From NCBI GenBank assembly GCA_036172245.1, contig JAYWIR010000001.1, positions 10,416,001 through 10,480,000 of the forward strand: a DNA stretch of 64,000 nt, given 5' to 3'. The stretch comes from Raillietiella orientalis. Taxonomy: Eukaryota. Both the position numbers and the translations under genes were made by a program. The notes under the pieces were generated by a model, which saw only the letters and a program-made list of their open reading frames with translations, did no database searches and was not told the DNA's origin. Positions 12,601 to 24,739 of this stretch are shown here, one piece after another; the stretch's first letter is position 1, and the number at the start of each line of letters is the position of its first letter.

Positions 12601-13637
12601 ACCAAACTACCAGACTGGAGATCCTATAAGTCCTAAAAGTGCACTTGCTCCGAGTGCACGTCCCGAAAAGCAGGAACAACTCGCAATTTTCGGAACCTTC
12701 CGATTATTCTGAGCTGCTTTATAACGATTGGCTTTTGCGCTTTGGAAGCTGCTCAAATGTATCCATCAGGTGAAAGTTAATTTAGTAAGGAAATGAGGTC
12801 TCTCCTCATTTCCCGTATGCTTTCGTCCCTAAGAATGTCAATTAGAGCCACGTACTCCCTCGATCCCTATGATTCGGTTTAACAAGGAAATACCGATCAG
12901 CGAAGTGAGGATCACAAATCTTCGAAACTCTCACTCATTCCTGAGGAATTGTGAACAGGAAGAACGGTCGGAAAAATGTTCGACCTTGCCATGTCTACAT
13001 GAGATCACGACTTAAAAGTACTCGCACGTTAAGTTTTGATAACAAGCATGAGCTTGGCAAGTACGTGTTCACTGTGGTTTAGCCACCAAAGAAACATTTC
13101 GTAAGGATCGCTTAATTACTTCCTTGATGCATCTACAAAGCTTGGCATTATGTACATCCAGCCGGAGTAGAGAATCACTGGTACATACTACAGAATCTCA
13201 AGAATCCTTGCTTGACCCCTAATGCTCGACCCCATAATCCGAGTTACTCAGGTAGCTTCATTCAGTTAACTCAAACGGTCAGCCGTCATTCAGAACTCTG
13301 GGAATAAGTGTTCAGAAAAACTGTTTACGGGAACTTCCTACTGGTAACACCTATTTTTCAGAAATCGACCCAAACCGAACCTCATGCTGGGGTTCCCCAA
13401 ATACTTCTGTTTGAAGCTTACATAACCGCCATGTTTCACGTTCGTTAGCAGGAAAATAGAGAGCAATCTTTTCTCTGCATTACGTTATGTAATTTTATGT
13501 GAACCCATAGGACACACATCTTCTATCTAGCTCAGATGACAAGCACCAAGACCAAACTTGAAAGTTTTTGGCCTCACAGCTAGGGCACAAGCACATACCT
13601 ACAACTTTGCAAACTCTTACACCCAAAACGGGCCATA
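10742..13637. repeat. ~180-bp direct repeat pair (10742-10927 and 13468-13637)
   Basis: Shared ttatgtgaacccataggacaca...cctcacagctagggca...cacatacctacaactttgcaaact with small indels. The flanks do not align. Confidence 0.9.
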
Positions 13638-16242
13638 CGTATTGACCAAACGCTAGAGAAATTGTCCAGCAAGCTGAAGAAAGCTGAAGAGAAACTCCAT
13701 TCCAAGAGGTACACCCAGATGACATCTTAACTTAGAGGGATTTCAACATCCTGAGAAAAAGGAAACAAACTCCTGACAACACGGAGAAAGTCACTTCTGA
13801 AAGATGTGCGTGGAATACCACAAATAGACTGCGCTGAAGACGATGGTGAGATGAACGCTCTGGATTCACTTTTGTACAGAAACCATGGAGACATGAAGTG
13901 AATGCACAGCGCAAAGTGGGAAATAGCAATGACATCGAATGGGCTCGGATGGTCCATCAGTATAAAGCATGAAGGAACGCAACAGAAGTATTGTACTTCA
14001 AAATGTGTGGTGCACTGTTCCTCACACAAACGAAAAGACAGTATCCGATTAGCCCAAGGGAAGTAGGTGCACACTGATGTGGGAAGCACGGGAAAATTTG
14101 CAGGAACCGGCACTGCAGGATGGCGAATAGATAAGGACCATATGTTTGCACCTTGCAAGCACATCTTTGGACTCGGATGCTGGGTGAATCGGAAGTTGGT
14201 ATTCGTGACGTTTCTCCAATGTCAGAACGACGCCTTTGGCAGTGGGGGAGGGGGGCGAAGTACTTTATTTAGAACAGGGGAAAGTCCGGTATCCGTGGAA
14301 ATCGAAAAAAAGGAAAACGACCCACCTTCACACTTTTCCCGCCGATATATTGAAGAAATTTTGCACACGTGTAACACGATGTGAAACCGAGTGCACCAAT
14401 TTGCATGCTCTGACGTTCAGGACATCAACCCGATGCTCGTGGCTAATTATTTGCTCTCCAAACCGGAAATTGCAAATAACAGTCTTTCTTCACAATGCAG
14501 AAACTTTGTATCACTCAAGCACACAATGCAAAAACTATGTACTACACAGACTTGTACAATACGTAGTTTCTGCATTGTAGCTTTTGGCATTTGCCTATTC
14601 CGTCGCCTAATAAGAGTCTACAAAAAAAGAGGATACGCTAATTTGAAATTTCTTCATGTAATGGAAATGTACCTAATTATAAAAACACATGCAACGATTT
14701 ACCACAGTCCAATAATTTACAAAATACATACCGAATACAGGTTATTAGATTCATCATAGTAAGGTCAAAAATTACTTATTAAATGTATTTCAGTGCATAC
14801 ATTGGAGTTCTCCACTTGATGACTGGTCCGTTATCAGTTAAAGAGATCTGTCACTGATCTTCCCTCAAAGAAAGAAATAACTGTTTCCTCACTGAATCAG
14901 TTATGTGTTTAATGATGAATCAATATTTCTGCAAGACTTGTAGAATGAAAACTCAGCAGCAAAACTTCTCAACACAAATGAAACATTTGGCTTAATATTA
15001 ACCACCGACTATAGTTATCTGAATGAACATCAACCTCATACAGACAGGGCAAGTTCAGGTTCAGAAGAACTGCTTCAATGAAAATAATTCACGCACACGG
15101 ATTCTGAATTGGCTTTTAATGTCAACTGAAAACTTCCACAACTGATGTTGATTTCATCCTCATTGAAATTGAATACTGGCGCATCATTTTCCTTGGATTA
15201 ATAAAAGGTATCGAAAATTGAGATGAGAACTATAAACCATAAAGGAATGATATGACTGAAAAAACTGGATTCATCGTCTATAAAGCATTTCAATGTATTT
15301 AATGTGTTCCAATGCTTTGTGGACATCAAATCTATTATATCAATGCGATAAAATTCAAGAGCCTGTCTTATGTAATGAGACTGGCAATTTGGCTGGTAGA
15401 TACTGCTAAATGCAGCAACACAAATGCTACAATTTTATGTTAACAAAAATTTTTATCCGTAATGCTTCAAAACTTGAGCAGTTATGTCAACTATAATGCC
15501 ATTCTCCTATTGCTCTTGAAGTTTTAGCTGAAGTATTTTATTAAATTAATGTTCTGATGAAAGTTTTCAAACACTAAATTACAGAACAAATGGCCAATAA
15601 CACCCAGAGGTCTAAAAAGATCCTTGCACTCTTATGTCTCAAATCAACAGTTTCATCAGCCTTTGAAAACAGCTAATCTGCAACTCACTTATTAATAGAT
15701 ACCAGTATGGCTCATTAATTTGTCAATCAACCCTTGAAATAACAATAATAACAAACAAAACTTGCTACATGCAAGTGCATCATGTCAATAAAAAATTAAG
15801 TAGATGCAACAGAGACAACACTGATTCTTAAGGATGATTTTTGAAATCATGAATAAGCACAAAAAACTTATATGCCTTCAACTGAAGTACATGAAAACAC
15901 TGAATTAAGATGTGGGTTTGTTATGTCTAAGATGATGAATTCTATTCCACTGAAATATATGTAGGAAAACATCTGAGAAGATCCTAAAATGAAAATTTCT
16001 GGGATCTCTGAAGAATCCACGAAAACAACACAAATTGAATAAATGACTTTTAGTTTTGCATTCAAAACTGTAAATTTGCATTCTGGCCTTCACTAGCAAA
16101 CATAATGCATTGCATTATCATGCTCTTTACAAGGGCACATGAATATTAATATAATTCCTAAAAAAATACACAACATATGAAACAATACAATCAATATTGC
16201 TTATAACAACTGTCCGATTATCATTCAAGAAAATCATTTGAA

Positions 16243-16248
16243 TTTATT
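16243..16248 (-). terminator. Candidate polyadenylation signal (AATAAA) of LSG1
   Basis: AATAAA on the minus strand 50 nt after the LSG1 stop. The context is AT-rich, so a chance occurrence is possible. Confidence 0.35.
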
Positions 16249-16297
16249 TCAGAGTCTAAACACTGGACAAGAAAATTTGACTATCTGACCACTTGCT

Positions 16298-18022
16298 CTA
16301 GGCATCTAGAGCAGCATATACCCTTCTTAATTTTTCTTTTTTGTTTCTATTATTATGGTGTTTCCAAGGTTTCCCTTTTCCTTGTTGTGCAGCATGCAAT
16401 TGGGCAACTTTTGGTACACCTTTGGTATGAATACGAGATGTTAACATACCAAAAAATGCTTTGTCTAACTCCTCAGAAGCATTCAAAGTTCCTTTCAAAA
16501 TTTTCAACTCTTGAGGCGTTCTGTGTACTACTGCTTTCAAAGAAGACTGGGAAGGAAAGACATGATACTGATTTTGCAGTATTCCAGGTGGAGCAACACA
16601 ATAAAGCAAGCTGCCATTTACAAAGTCTTTTAAAATGCATCGGGCACTACGAGACTGATCAGGCATGCTCCGGGAAGTCATGAATCCTCTCTGATATCCA
16701 TATGAATTGAGCAGCTTCTCTGAAGTTGTGAAATTTTCATCTTCTCCTTCAGACACAGGAATATGAATACCATATTTCTTCTCAAGCACATGTCTTGGAA
16801 TTAGGCTACACAAAAGACTGATAGGGGATAAATAATCTCTCATTTGATCAATGGGCAGAATACCATTTAGAATCATTTCAGACTTTGTGTTCACAAACTG
16901 GGGCATAACTAATCCTGGGCAATCACAAAGACATAATTCTGAATCGACATACAATGTTTGAAAATGTTTTGTTTTTCCTGGGGTAAATGATACAGATACT
17001 TTTTTGTCCTGGAGTAAACTATTGATGGTAGAACTTTTCCCAACATTAGGATATCCAACTAGACCTACTGTCAACAACTTACTGTTGCTTTTCTTAAAAT
17101 TTTTAAAGATTTCAATGAGTTCATCTTGGCTAGCAACATCACAGGAATTTAATTTGCATGCATGTAAATTATCACTGACATGCATGTCTTCTAGCAAATT
17201 ATCAAGACTACAAGGAGGAAGTTCTGACTCAGATTGATCACTGTTGATTTCCCTTTTTTGAGAAGAATTCTCAATCTCATCCTTTGCACTTGATTTGCCT
17301 TTATCCAAAGCTGAATAGAACACTGCCTTCACATGTATTTTGTCAAAATAGGCTGCCCACTGTTCTCTCTGCGAATTTGTAAGAAAATCAGCTTTATTCA
17401 GAAGCAACATATTGATTTTGTCTCCTGGTAACTCTTGAATATACTGCTCCAGATCAGTACTTCGAAATAGCAAGGGATTCCTAGCATCTACAATTTGCAC
17501 TAGCACATCACTGCGTTCAAGAACACGCCAAAGCTGTTTCCATAATTCTAACTCCAGTTCATAAGGAGTCAAAATTATCCCTTCAATACCCTGTAGTTGA
17601 GATAGTTGCCGTCTCCATTTAACAAATGCATCATGCTCCAAGGCTAGAAGTTCTTCTGTTGTCATGCTTTCATTCCAGGGAGGTCTTCGGGGAATCTGTA
17701 TGAGATGCTGATGCATTTCCTGTAACTGCTTCAACTTTTGTTTTTCCTCCCCTGATAAAACATCATTTGGAATCATTGGATTCACAAATTTCACATTGCA
17801 TTTCTCTGTATCAAATTCAAAATCTGCAGTCTCTGCAATAGCCAAAAATTCTTCTACATTTTGGGGCTCAGTGACTGATTTCACATTCAGTCTTCCCCAA
17901 TTATACCCATCACTTAATTCTGTAGTATGCAACTGAGAGACTGCATTTCGGGACTGCGATTTGCCTCCAAATTTTTTTTTAATGAGAAGTCTGCCAACAT
18001 ATGTTTTATCCTTTTTGACCAT
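16298..18022 (-). CDS. LSG1: Large subunit GTPase 1 homolog (YlqF/YawG-family circularly permuted GTPase, 60S maturation/NMD3 release), 574 aa, intronless CDS
   Basis: Uninterrupted ORF from ATG 18022 (MVKKDK...GRLLIK...LHTTELSDGYNW). It has IPRRPPW and QLWRVLERSDVLVQIVDARNPLLFR, then permuted G motifs NKAD (G4), YSA (G5), GYPNVGKSS (G1), TPGKTKHFQT (G2) and DCPG (G3). It also has GILPIDQMRD and C-terminal KPWK..NRNKKEKLRRVY. The ORF-track start at 18094 is a non-ATG extension. Confidence 0.96.
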   Translation of the reverse strand: MVKKDKTYVGRLLIKKKFGGKSQSRNAVSQLHTTELSDGYNWGRLNVKSVTEPQNVEEFLAIAETADFEFDTEKCNVKFVNPMIPNDVLSGEEKQKLKQLQEMHQHLIQIPRRPPWNESMTTEELLALEHDAFVKWRRQLSQLQGIEGIILTPYELELELWKQLWRVLERSDVLVQIVDARNPLLFRSTDLEQYIQELPGDKINMLLLNKADFLTNSQREQWAAYFDKIHVKAVFYSALDKGKSSAKDEIENSSQKREINSDQSESELPPCSLDNLLEDMHVSDNLHACKLNSCDVASQDELIEIFKNFKKSNSKLLTVGLVGYPNVGKSSTINSLLQDKKVSVSFTPGKTKHFQTLYVDSELCLCDCPGLVMPQFVNTKSEMILNGILPIDQMRDYLSPISLLCSLIPRHVLEKKYGIHIPVSEGEDENFTTSEKLLNSYGYQRGFMTSRSMPDQSRSARCILKDFVNGSLLYCVAPPGILQNQYHVFPSQSSLKAVVHRTPQELKILKGTLNASEELDKAFFGMLTSRIHTKGVPKVAQLHAAQQGKGKPWKHHNNRNKKEKLRRVYAALDA

Positions 18023-19555
18023 TTTGGCAATGAATGTTGAAACTCTTTTCAAATACTTCAATAAGCATGGAGCAACAGAAACTTTGAAGCACACACAATG
18101 GAGTCCATTTTATGCAAAGTCAACTCAAATGCATTGATTCTTGAGTCACTGAACAAATACAATTCTAAAAAAAGAACACGCAAGGCATTCATTTTTTTTT
18201 TCTCAAAATCCACTTTTATGACTTCTAAAACTGCCTTCAATACATGAAAACAATAAATAAACTTTATATAACAATTGTAATATTCGGTTTCTATATAGGT
18301 GAGTACTGCACTGTGACTTCTGGTCTATAAAATCCCTAAGTTGCAACAAAATTCATTCCCAAAATAATTTTTCTACTATTAATTCTTTCATGTTTGATCG
18401 TAATCAACTATAAAATGAGTAACCATCGTAGTGAACTTAACAGACACTGTTCAATAACATAAGTACGTATCTGAATGGATAAATAAAGAAATTTTCATGG
18501 AAATCATCGAGATCCTGCGATTCAACTTACGTGAACGCTTTTGAACTTCACACTTTCATTCACACTGAATAACTATTCACGTAATGCTGAATTTTTGTGC
18601 ATTATATTATTTTACATAAATAATTTTACATATATTATTTTACATTTGCATTCACGTTTATGAAATCCAAATAAACTTCACATTGTGGCAACGAAAGGTA
18701 AGACAATTTTACGATGTAAACCAGTAGAATTTCACTAGAGAGGCAAATAAGACAAAACTTTCCCGTTGAAGTTTGGGGATTATGATACGCATTTTCAAAA
18801 ACACAAGCACACTACGCACACCTCATGCAACACAGCTGTTCTGCACGATCGCAGCTACCACATCTAACCAGTGCTATCACAAGAATATTCAAAAGAATTG
18901 TAGACATCAATTATTTTAAATGAATCAGACGATAAATTAATGCCTACTGTTGCTGAAAGTTTCAATTATACATTTGGAACTGAAAACAGTGAGTATGAGT
19001 AACATCAACATTCCGTTTACTTCAGTATGCAAGGATGAATAGTATTAATAAAATTTAAATAATTCAAGCCTTTCATGATCATTCAAATGCACTTCCTTAG
19101 TTCCCAGAATATGTTTGGAATTGTGTATAAAATAATGTTTTGATACTTATAAATTCTTACATTCTTATCAAATTTTGAGCTTTCATGCAAACTGAGACAC
19201 TAGATGAGATTGCTTTGATCGAATGATTGAATCACTGTTATTTGTGGTGATGAAACGAAACTGAACCAGTGTTTTTAATTGTTTTTAATTGCAAAGCATT
19301 TACTTCCAAACACTACTGTTAGGCTTTTATAGGGATTGATTCAGCGATTTTTTATTCTCAATGTTATGCAGTTTAAAAAATCCAATGGAATTGAACACGA
19401 ATCGCACTTTACGATTCTATTTTGGCGACTAGACTCAGTGTATCACAGCAGCCCATGTGTTGAGAAATCGAAAGGCCATAACATTTAGAGTAGAGTTATA
19501 ACAAGTTAGCATTTAGGAGTGGCATTTAAAACGAATTCAAGTTATGCGTCTGGTG

Positions 19556-20170
19556 CATAGCTCTTCGAACTATTTTTACAAAGGGGATCACCTGAAATTT
19601 GAAGCCTACATCTTCATCCACGCAGCAACTCTAAATCTGCTTCCCATGATGAGTTTCCACTAAGAGGAAGGCTTTTAGCTCATGTCGTTGTTGTGGCCTG
19701 TGAAACAAAACGTCACCTTACACAAAAAATCACTGCATGAGGCACTCTCGTCCGCACACGGCCCGACCCGGTGTCATTGTGGACGAGATTGAAATAGCGG
19801 TCGCAGAACAAGCAAGATGGAAATTGGTGCGTCCTTAGAATTACCACGTCCCAGATCTTGGTTCAACTCTGAGGCCAGACTTGGGACTACAACAAGGCAA
19901 GTGGATAGTGGTGCTGGACGTAACTTGTCCCTCAGCGCCGTCACAAATGAGGAAAAAACCCAAGATGCTGCAGCCAGCAATCCAAGGAAGGAGTCGATGC
20001 AAAGGTGCTGGGCATCATCATTGGACCATCTGGAACCTGAGTTCCCAGCAATCAAGCAAGCAGTCCTTGATATCTTAAGGTATCCCGCGCATGTGCGCCA
20101 ACGAAACGAGGTAGCTCAGGATTGCCTCATGCATCCGCTGCACTCTCGACATCTATTGGATGGACACTTC
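19556..20170 (+). mobile_element. Degraded 3' part of an RLE-type non-LTR retrotransposon (NeSL/Utopia-like)
   Basis: SSNYFYKGDHLKFEAYIFIHAATLNLLP, then in one frame CRCCGL*NKTSPYTKNHCMRHSRPHTARPGVIVD...*NYHV..GSTLRPDLGLQQGKWIVVLDVTCP (CCHC knuckle plus PD..D nuclease), then KVLGIIIGPSGT*VPSN. Stops and frameshifts are present. Confidence 0.8.
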
Positions 20171-21699
20171 GGCTTGGACGCTCGCCTGACGGTGCCCCAG
20201 AACCTGCGACAACCTCGTGAAGAGGAACAGCTCTCGTATGGAGAGGAAGATGTCGCCAAAATGCATCTCACAGGGCGTCCCGATGCTTGAAACCTACTGC
20301 AGCATTCCTTGCAACGTGATTTCAGTAACAAGGAGGAAGAGTGGAAGATGAAACAGACTCCCCTATATTTCTATCATTCTAGCCGTTAACCTCCAAAGAA
20401 AACGGGGATAGATTATGGGCAATGGCACATAATTAATATATAATAAACATATTATTTATTTTTATAGTCTTCCTGACATTCTTTATACATAAATATACGT
20501 ATATGAGAGTATATATTTGCTTTTTATAATCTTTAACATATGTATTAACAATGTAATCAGCAATTTGTGAATTTTACTGGTAAAATGTATGTCACTGAAT
20601 TCTAATCAATATATCTGTTCCAATAATATTCCTATTAATAATATGTATGTTAATAAATAGCTATTTATGTATGCTAATTCTTAATAGAATAATATTGTGC
20701 AAATTGTCATATTCTATGCATAGTAAAATAAATTTGTATATAGTAATCTGTGCAGAATAAACACATGTGCTTTTTTTTTTACGATCGTTCGGGTTGCCAC
20801 AAATTTAGGAAGCGTTCTTTTGTTTTTGTTTTTTATTGTCATTATTTTCCTTTCATGCTGGAAGATGCTCACAAGATAAGCTGAGGGATGAAAAGATTTT
20901 AAGGCAGCATGAGCGGAGCTCTCAATGGGAGGATATTTTCATTTTCAGTCCTGTAGTTTAGGAAATACATGAGAAGAGTTGTTCTATTTCAGGTGATCCG
21001 TAAAGATGAAACATGAAATTCTGATTGTGCTATCGCACTAAGAAATGTGGCTCATATCAGATGTGATGCATGTGAAAGGTGATTGGGAGTTGAAAATCGG
21101 AACTCCTTTAATACTTCCTCAAGGCCCATCAGGAGGTGGTAGAATGCGAAACCTTATGAAGTAGCCAAAGTCCTATGATGGAGTAGTACAACACATTTTC
21201 TATTTCTACGAGTTCCGCGCGTGGATTGCATCGAGTGGATCCCTTTCTTGTAAATGCATTTAGCAACGACCCAATTAAGGACGATTTTCTACATAGCAAT
21301 CTCTGTGCAGTTTAAGCACTCAGATTGCTGTTACGAAACAGCTACGCAAGATGGGATTTCAAGATGGCAATCTATTCAAAGGGAGGGACGAAATCTCAAA
21401 GCTGTTTCCTCCTTCTCTCATATTCAGTATAAGTACTAATATGAATATGGGTTCAGTAATACCGAAGCATGATTAATGAAAGATTTCACTTAAAGTATCG
21501 TACAATTTTGAGCTTGCCTGAAGTTTGTCGCTTCGAGTGATCTCCCAATTCACGAGAAATACCGTCGGACTCATTATGATCGACATGTACCCAGCATATC
21601 TTTTTTTTTTTTTTTTTATTTTGGGAAAAGCGGGTGGACTGCACGAAAGACAACCGATGGGCAGCTCAGCGAAGACGTACTGGAGGTCAGTTTTTCCAT

Positions 21700-23700
21700 A
21701 TAACTTTTGAACGTTCGGACTCAAATTTCATTGCAACTTTTCTCAGAGGGGAAATTCTTCACTGTGAAGCCAGCAGATTGTTTTTACAGTGCAGAGATAA
21801 TGACCCGCTTTTCGGGATGTAAAAGCTCGCCCAATCTCCATCTGCTGAGCGCCGTTTCCACAGTAACTCGGAGACTTCGGATTGAAATAAGTTTTCCTTA
21901 GGGGGCGAAAACTTCCTGTGAGATGCTGCACACAACGGGAGCACCAAACACGTGCATCTTCCGAAAGCAATCGTGTTTCGCCCAGTCACGTTGCACTGAA
22001 AAACTTTCGGCTTCCTTGCTGGATTTTGGTTGTCATGTAAGTGGCGTCTGTACCGAACCACAGAACTCTCATTCTTCGGATAAAGAAGTATAAGAAAAAC
22101 TGCCTTGAAACGAGCAGCATTCTTTGATGATGGAAGCGTATGCATTATAAGTTACTGAACATTCTTGAATGCCCTGCATGAGTCGTAAGGTGGAATCCAA
22201 GTCACGGATTCGCAATTCTTCACGGATATTTCCAGAGGGAATGTGTTCCCACTCAATTTTCAACTAGAAAGAGGGTTCCCAGTTTTAGAAGCCCTGACGC
22301 CTGAAAACTGAGAAGAAAAGAACTTTAAGAAAACTTGCCAGGCTACCTCAAGCCTCACGGCGTCTTCGATGCAATGCTTGACACTTCGCTCTCCTGCTTG
22401 CTGATCATACTTAGGATCTGCATGTACATCTTGAATGTCATCTTAAAATAATGACCATCGGCAAAACGTTTCTGCATTAGTCGACCGAAGATCCGTTATC
22501 GTGCCCAAACCACTTGCTGCTCCTCGAAGTTTGAATGGCAGCTTCTGAAAGTTAGCAAACGCTTCCGTTCTCTGGGAATCGTCTTCGAGTTGCTACATTC
22601 TGCTCGACCATCAGACTTCCTCGTGAAGCTGCGAGCCAACGCCTTCACAGAGTCAACCAGGGACACGCATGCAGCGGCATCGTTCCGTGCCAGTCATGGA
22701 CTGGAGTCTTTTCAGAGGCTTTTCCGATGTTTGCTTCTGTTTCCTTAACACTCTAATGAATGGCTTCAAGCGTATCCCAGCGATTCATCGCTCCTCCAAC
22801 GTTCCCTTAACATGAACCCCTTTCTCGCGCATATCTGCATCTCTCCCAGATCTTTGGGGGACAGATAAGTCCAAATTCCGACGCCCTATTGGAAGCATCC
22901 CGTGCAGCTGCTTGGTTCCTTCCCTTTCATGGTATTCGATGCGAAAACTTCATTGATAAAGGCAGGATGAACGCATTAGTCAGGCACATCCTTTCTCTAG
23001 CGGGTTTCAAACATCCAGATTTGCTTGATAAGTGCAAAGGCACGAAACGGGCTCCACCGCTTCTTCAGATCTTAAAATCTTGGGATGTAAAAAAACTTTT
23101 CGATCCTGAGAAACTTTTCGGGAAGAGCGAAGCCACTCTTTGTGATCTGAGTTTTTACGTAGCCAGATTTACGTAGCCTGATTTACTTCCATCTAGATGG
23201 CCAGATTACCTTGGCCATCTAGATGGAAGATGGCGATACGTCGTTTTCACTTGGTTTGCATTTTTAACTTGGCACTCCAAAACAGAGACTCTTTCATGTT
23301 CCACTCTTGCCCTTCCAGTTCGCGAGGTGATTTCATGTCCTTGCCTTTCGAAATGCTCGTCTTCTATCATATTTCCTAGATCCACAGTCGATGGCTATTC
23401 TTTTTCCTCAATGACTCATCGAAAACATGAACGATGAGGTCGCTTGGCTGTGTTGAAGCGAGGAGAAAATACGTTCTCTAGAAGTCCCTTCTGAAGAATA
23501 AATGAAAAGACACTTTGTTTTCCTGCTCTTGCACTGCTCACTGACAGCACTTGCAGCACTCTTGCAGTCCGTTCCCCTGGGGATGACGGAAACCCTGCCT
23601 TCTCACCGTCCCTTCCCGGAAGCAAAAACGGAACACGAGGAACGCAACGGTCCACCTGAAAAAAAAAAAAAAAGTGCCCAGGAGGTATGCCGTTTGTCCT
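21700..23700 (-). mobile_element. Highly degraded LINE APE/RT relic
   Basis: Minus-strand RIFGRLMQKRF (RT1-like, ~22465-22497) and VTYNAYA (RT5-like, ~22135-22155). Weak APE-like remnants at 23400-23650. Confidence 0.4.
23186..23229. repeat. Perfect 18-bp inverted repeat with 8-nt loop, preceded by a 14-bp tandem duplication
   Basis: CTTCCATCTAGATGGCCA-GATTACCT-TGGCCATCTAGATGGAAG. TTTACGTAGCC(A/T)GA occurs twice at 23154-23181. Confidence 0.95.
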
Positions 23701-24739
23701 GCTGTTTGATTCTTCCGGGGAAGTGCACATAAGGTGCCAGGTGATTCGTGATCAAAGAATGCCGTGGTTACTTCGCTCTGAATTTGCTTTTTCATTCTGG
23801 TTTCCATTTTCCTCTGGAAGGGAGGCTCTCCATCTGACTCAGCCTCTCCTGCTTGCCTACGATGCTCCGCTGAGTGTAGTCGCATTCTATACACAAAAGA
23901 ATTCTGGGGAATTCGGAAACACAAAGAAACTCTGTGCTTACATTATCGGGATCGACATTTATGCAGTCTAGACCCCGTCAATCTTTTTAGTTCCAGTCCA
24001 TTGACTTCCACGAAAACAAATCACATAGAAATGTAATTTTCTGCGATTTCTACTCGTCTGCGAGGATCAGGAGGTGTTTTTTATCTTTGTTTTTGTCTTC
24101 CTTTACGACAATCGATCGTTCTTGGGTTTCCGAGCAATGCATTTTATTTGGATGTCAGTTTTCATCGTTTCGACGGATGCTGGCAAGAGACCTTCCATTT
24201 CACGATAAGCGAATCAACTGTGGATATGGATTTGGGCTGTAAGCATTTCCGTTTTTTGTGTGTGTGTGTTTTTTTTTTCCGCCTTTTTTTTGCCGGTATG
24301 ATGCATCTTCGCATGACAGGAAAGAGTCCTGGTTCACTAAAGATAGCTCTTTTATCAATATCTTCATGGGATCTTTAGAAGATCAACGACGAATAATTGT
24401 AGCATTTAGCCAGAAGCATCTCCGAGGTATCGATCGAATGCAGCGTTGCTCGATACAGTTTGTCGTGGTCATGAGGCTGCAGAAGGTGTTATGAAACCGG
24501 GAATCAGGAAGCGAAGAGCAGGAAAAACAGCAGCCTTCCTGGGAGGGGTAAAAGAACACACGCATACGCGCGCGCGCACACAGCAACTTGGAATTCGTGA
24601 GTTTTCACATGCTGGGAGCGAATGCTTCATCGAGGAATTTTTTTTCCGCCCTCCATCTCAGGGCTGACTATCATGGTCAGGCATCCAGAAACGACTGGAG
24701 GAAAAACAGACTAGTATGGTCTCCATGGCAGGATAATTG

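Noticed and set aside
15075..15197. Minus-strand ENDAPVFNFNEDEINIS, cadherin-like
   Set aside because: About 40 codons bounded by stops, with no convincing splice sites or other cadherin exons.
18023..18094. 24-aa N-terminal extension of LSG1 in the ORF track
   Set aside because: It starts at a non-ATG codon. Family similarity begins at the ATG at 18022.
19817..20290. 157-aa ORF as a host gene divergent from LSG1
   Set aside because: It overlaps the RLE retrotransposon relic, whose recognisable motifs lie in other frames.
20612..20620. TATCTGTTC matching the U2 snRNA Utopia target
   Set aside because: Only 9 bp in very AT-rich DNA, and the adjacent U2 sequence does not continue.
23502..23732. 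76-aa ORF with a signal-peptide-like N-terminus
   Set aside because: It runs through a poly(A) tract, has no recognisable domain, and lies antisense to a probable LINE relic.
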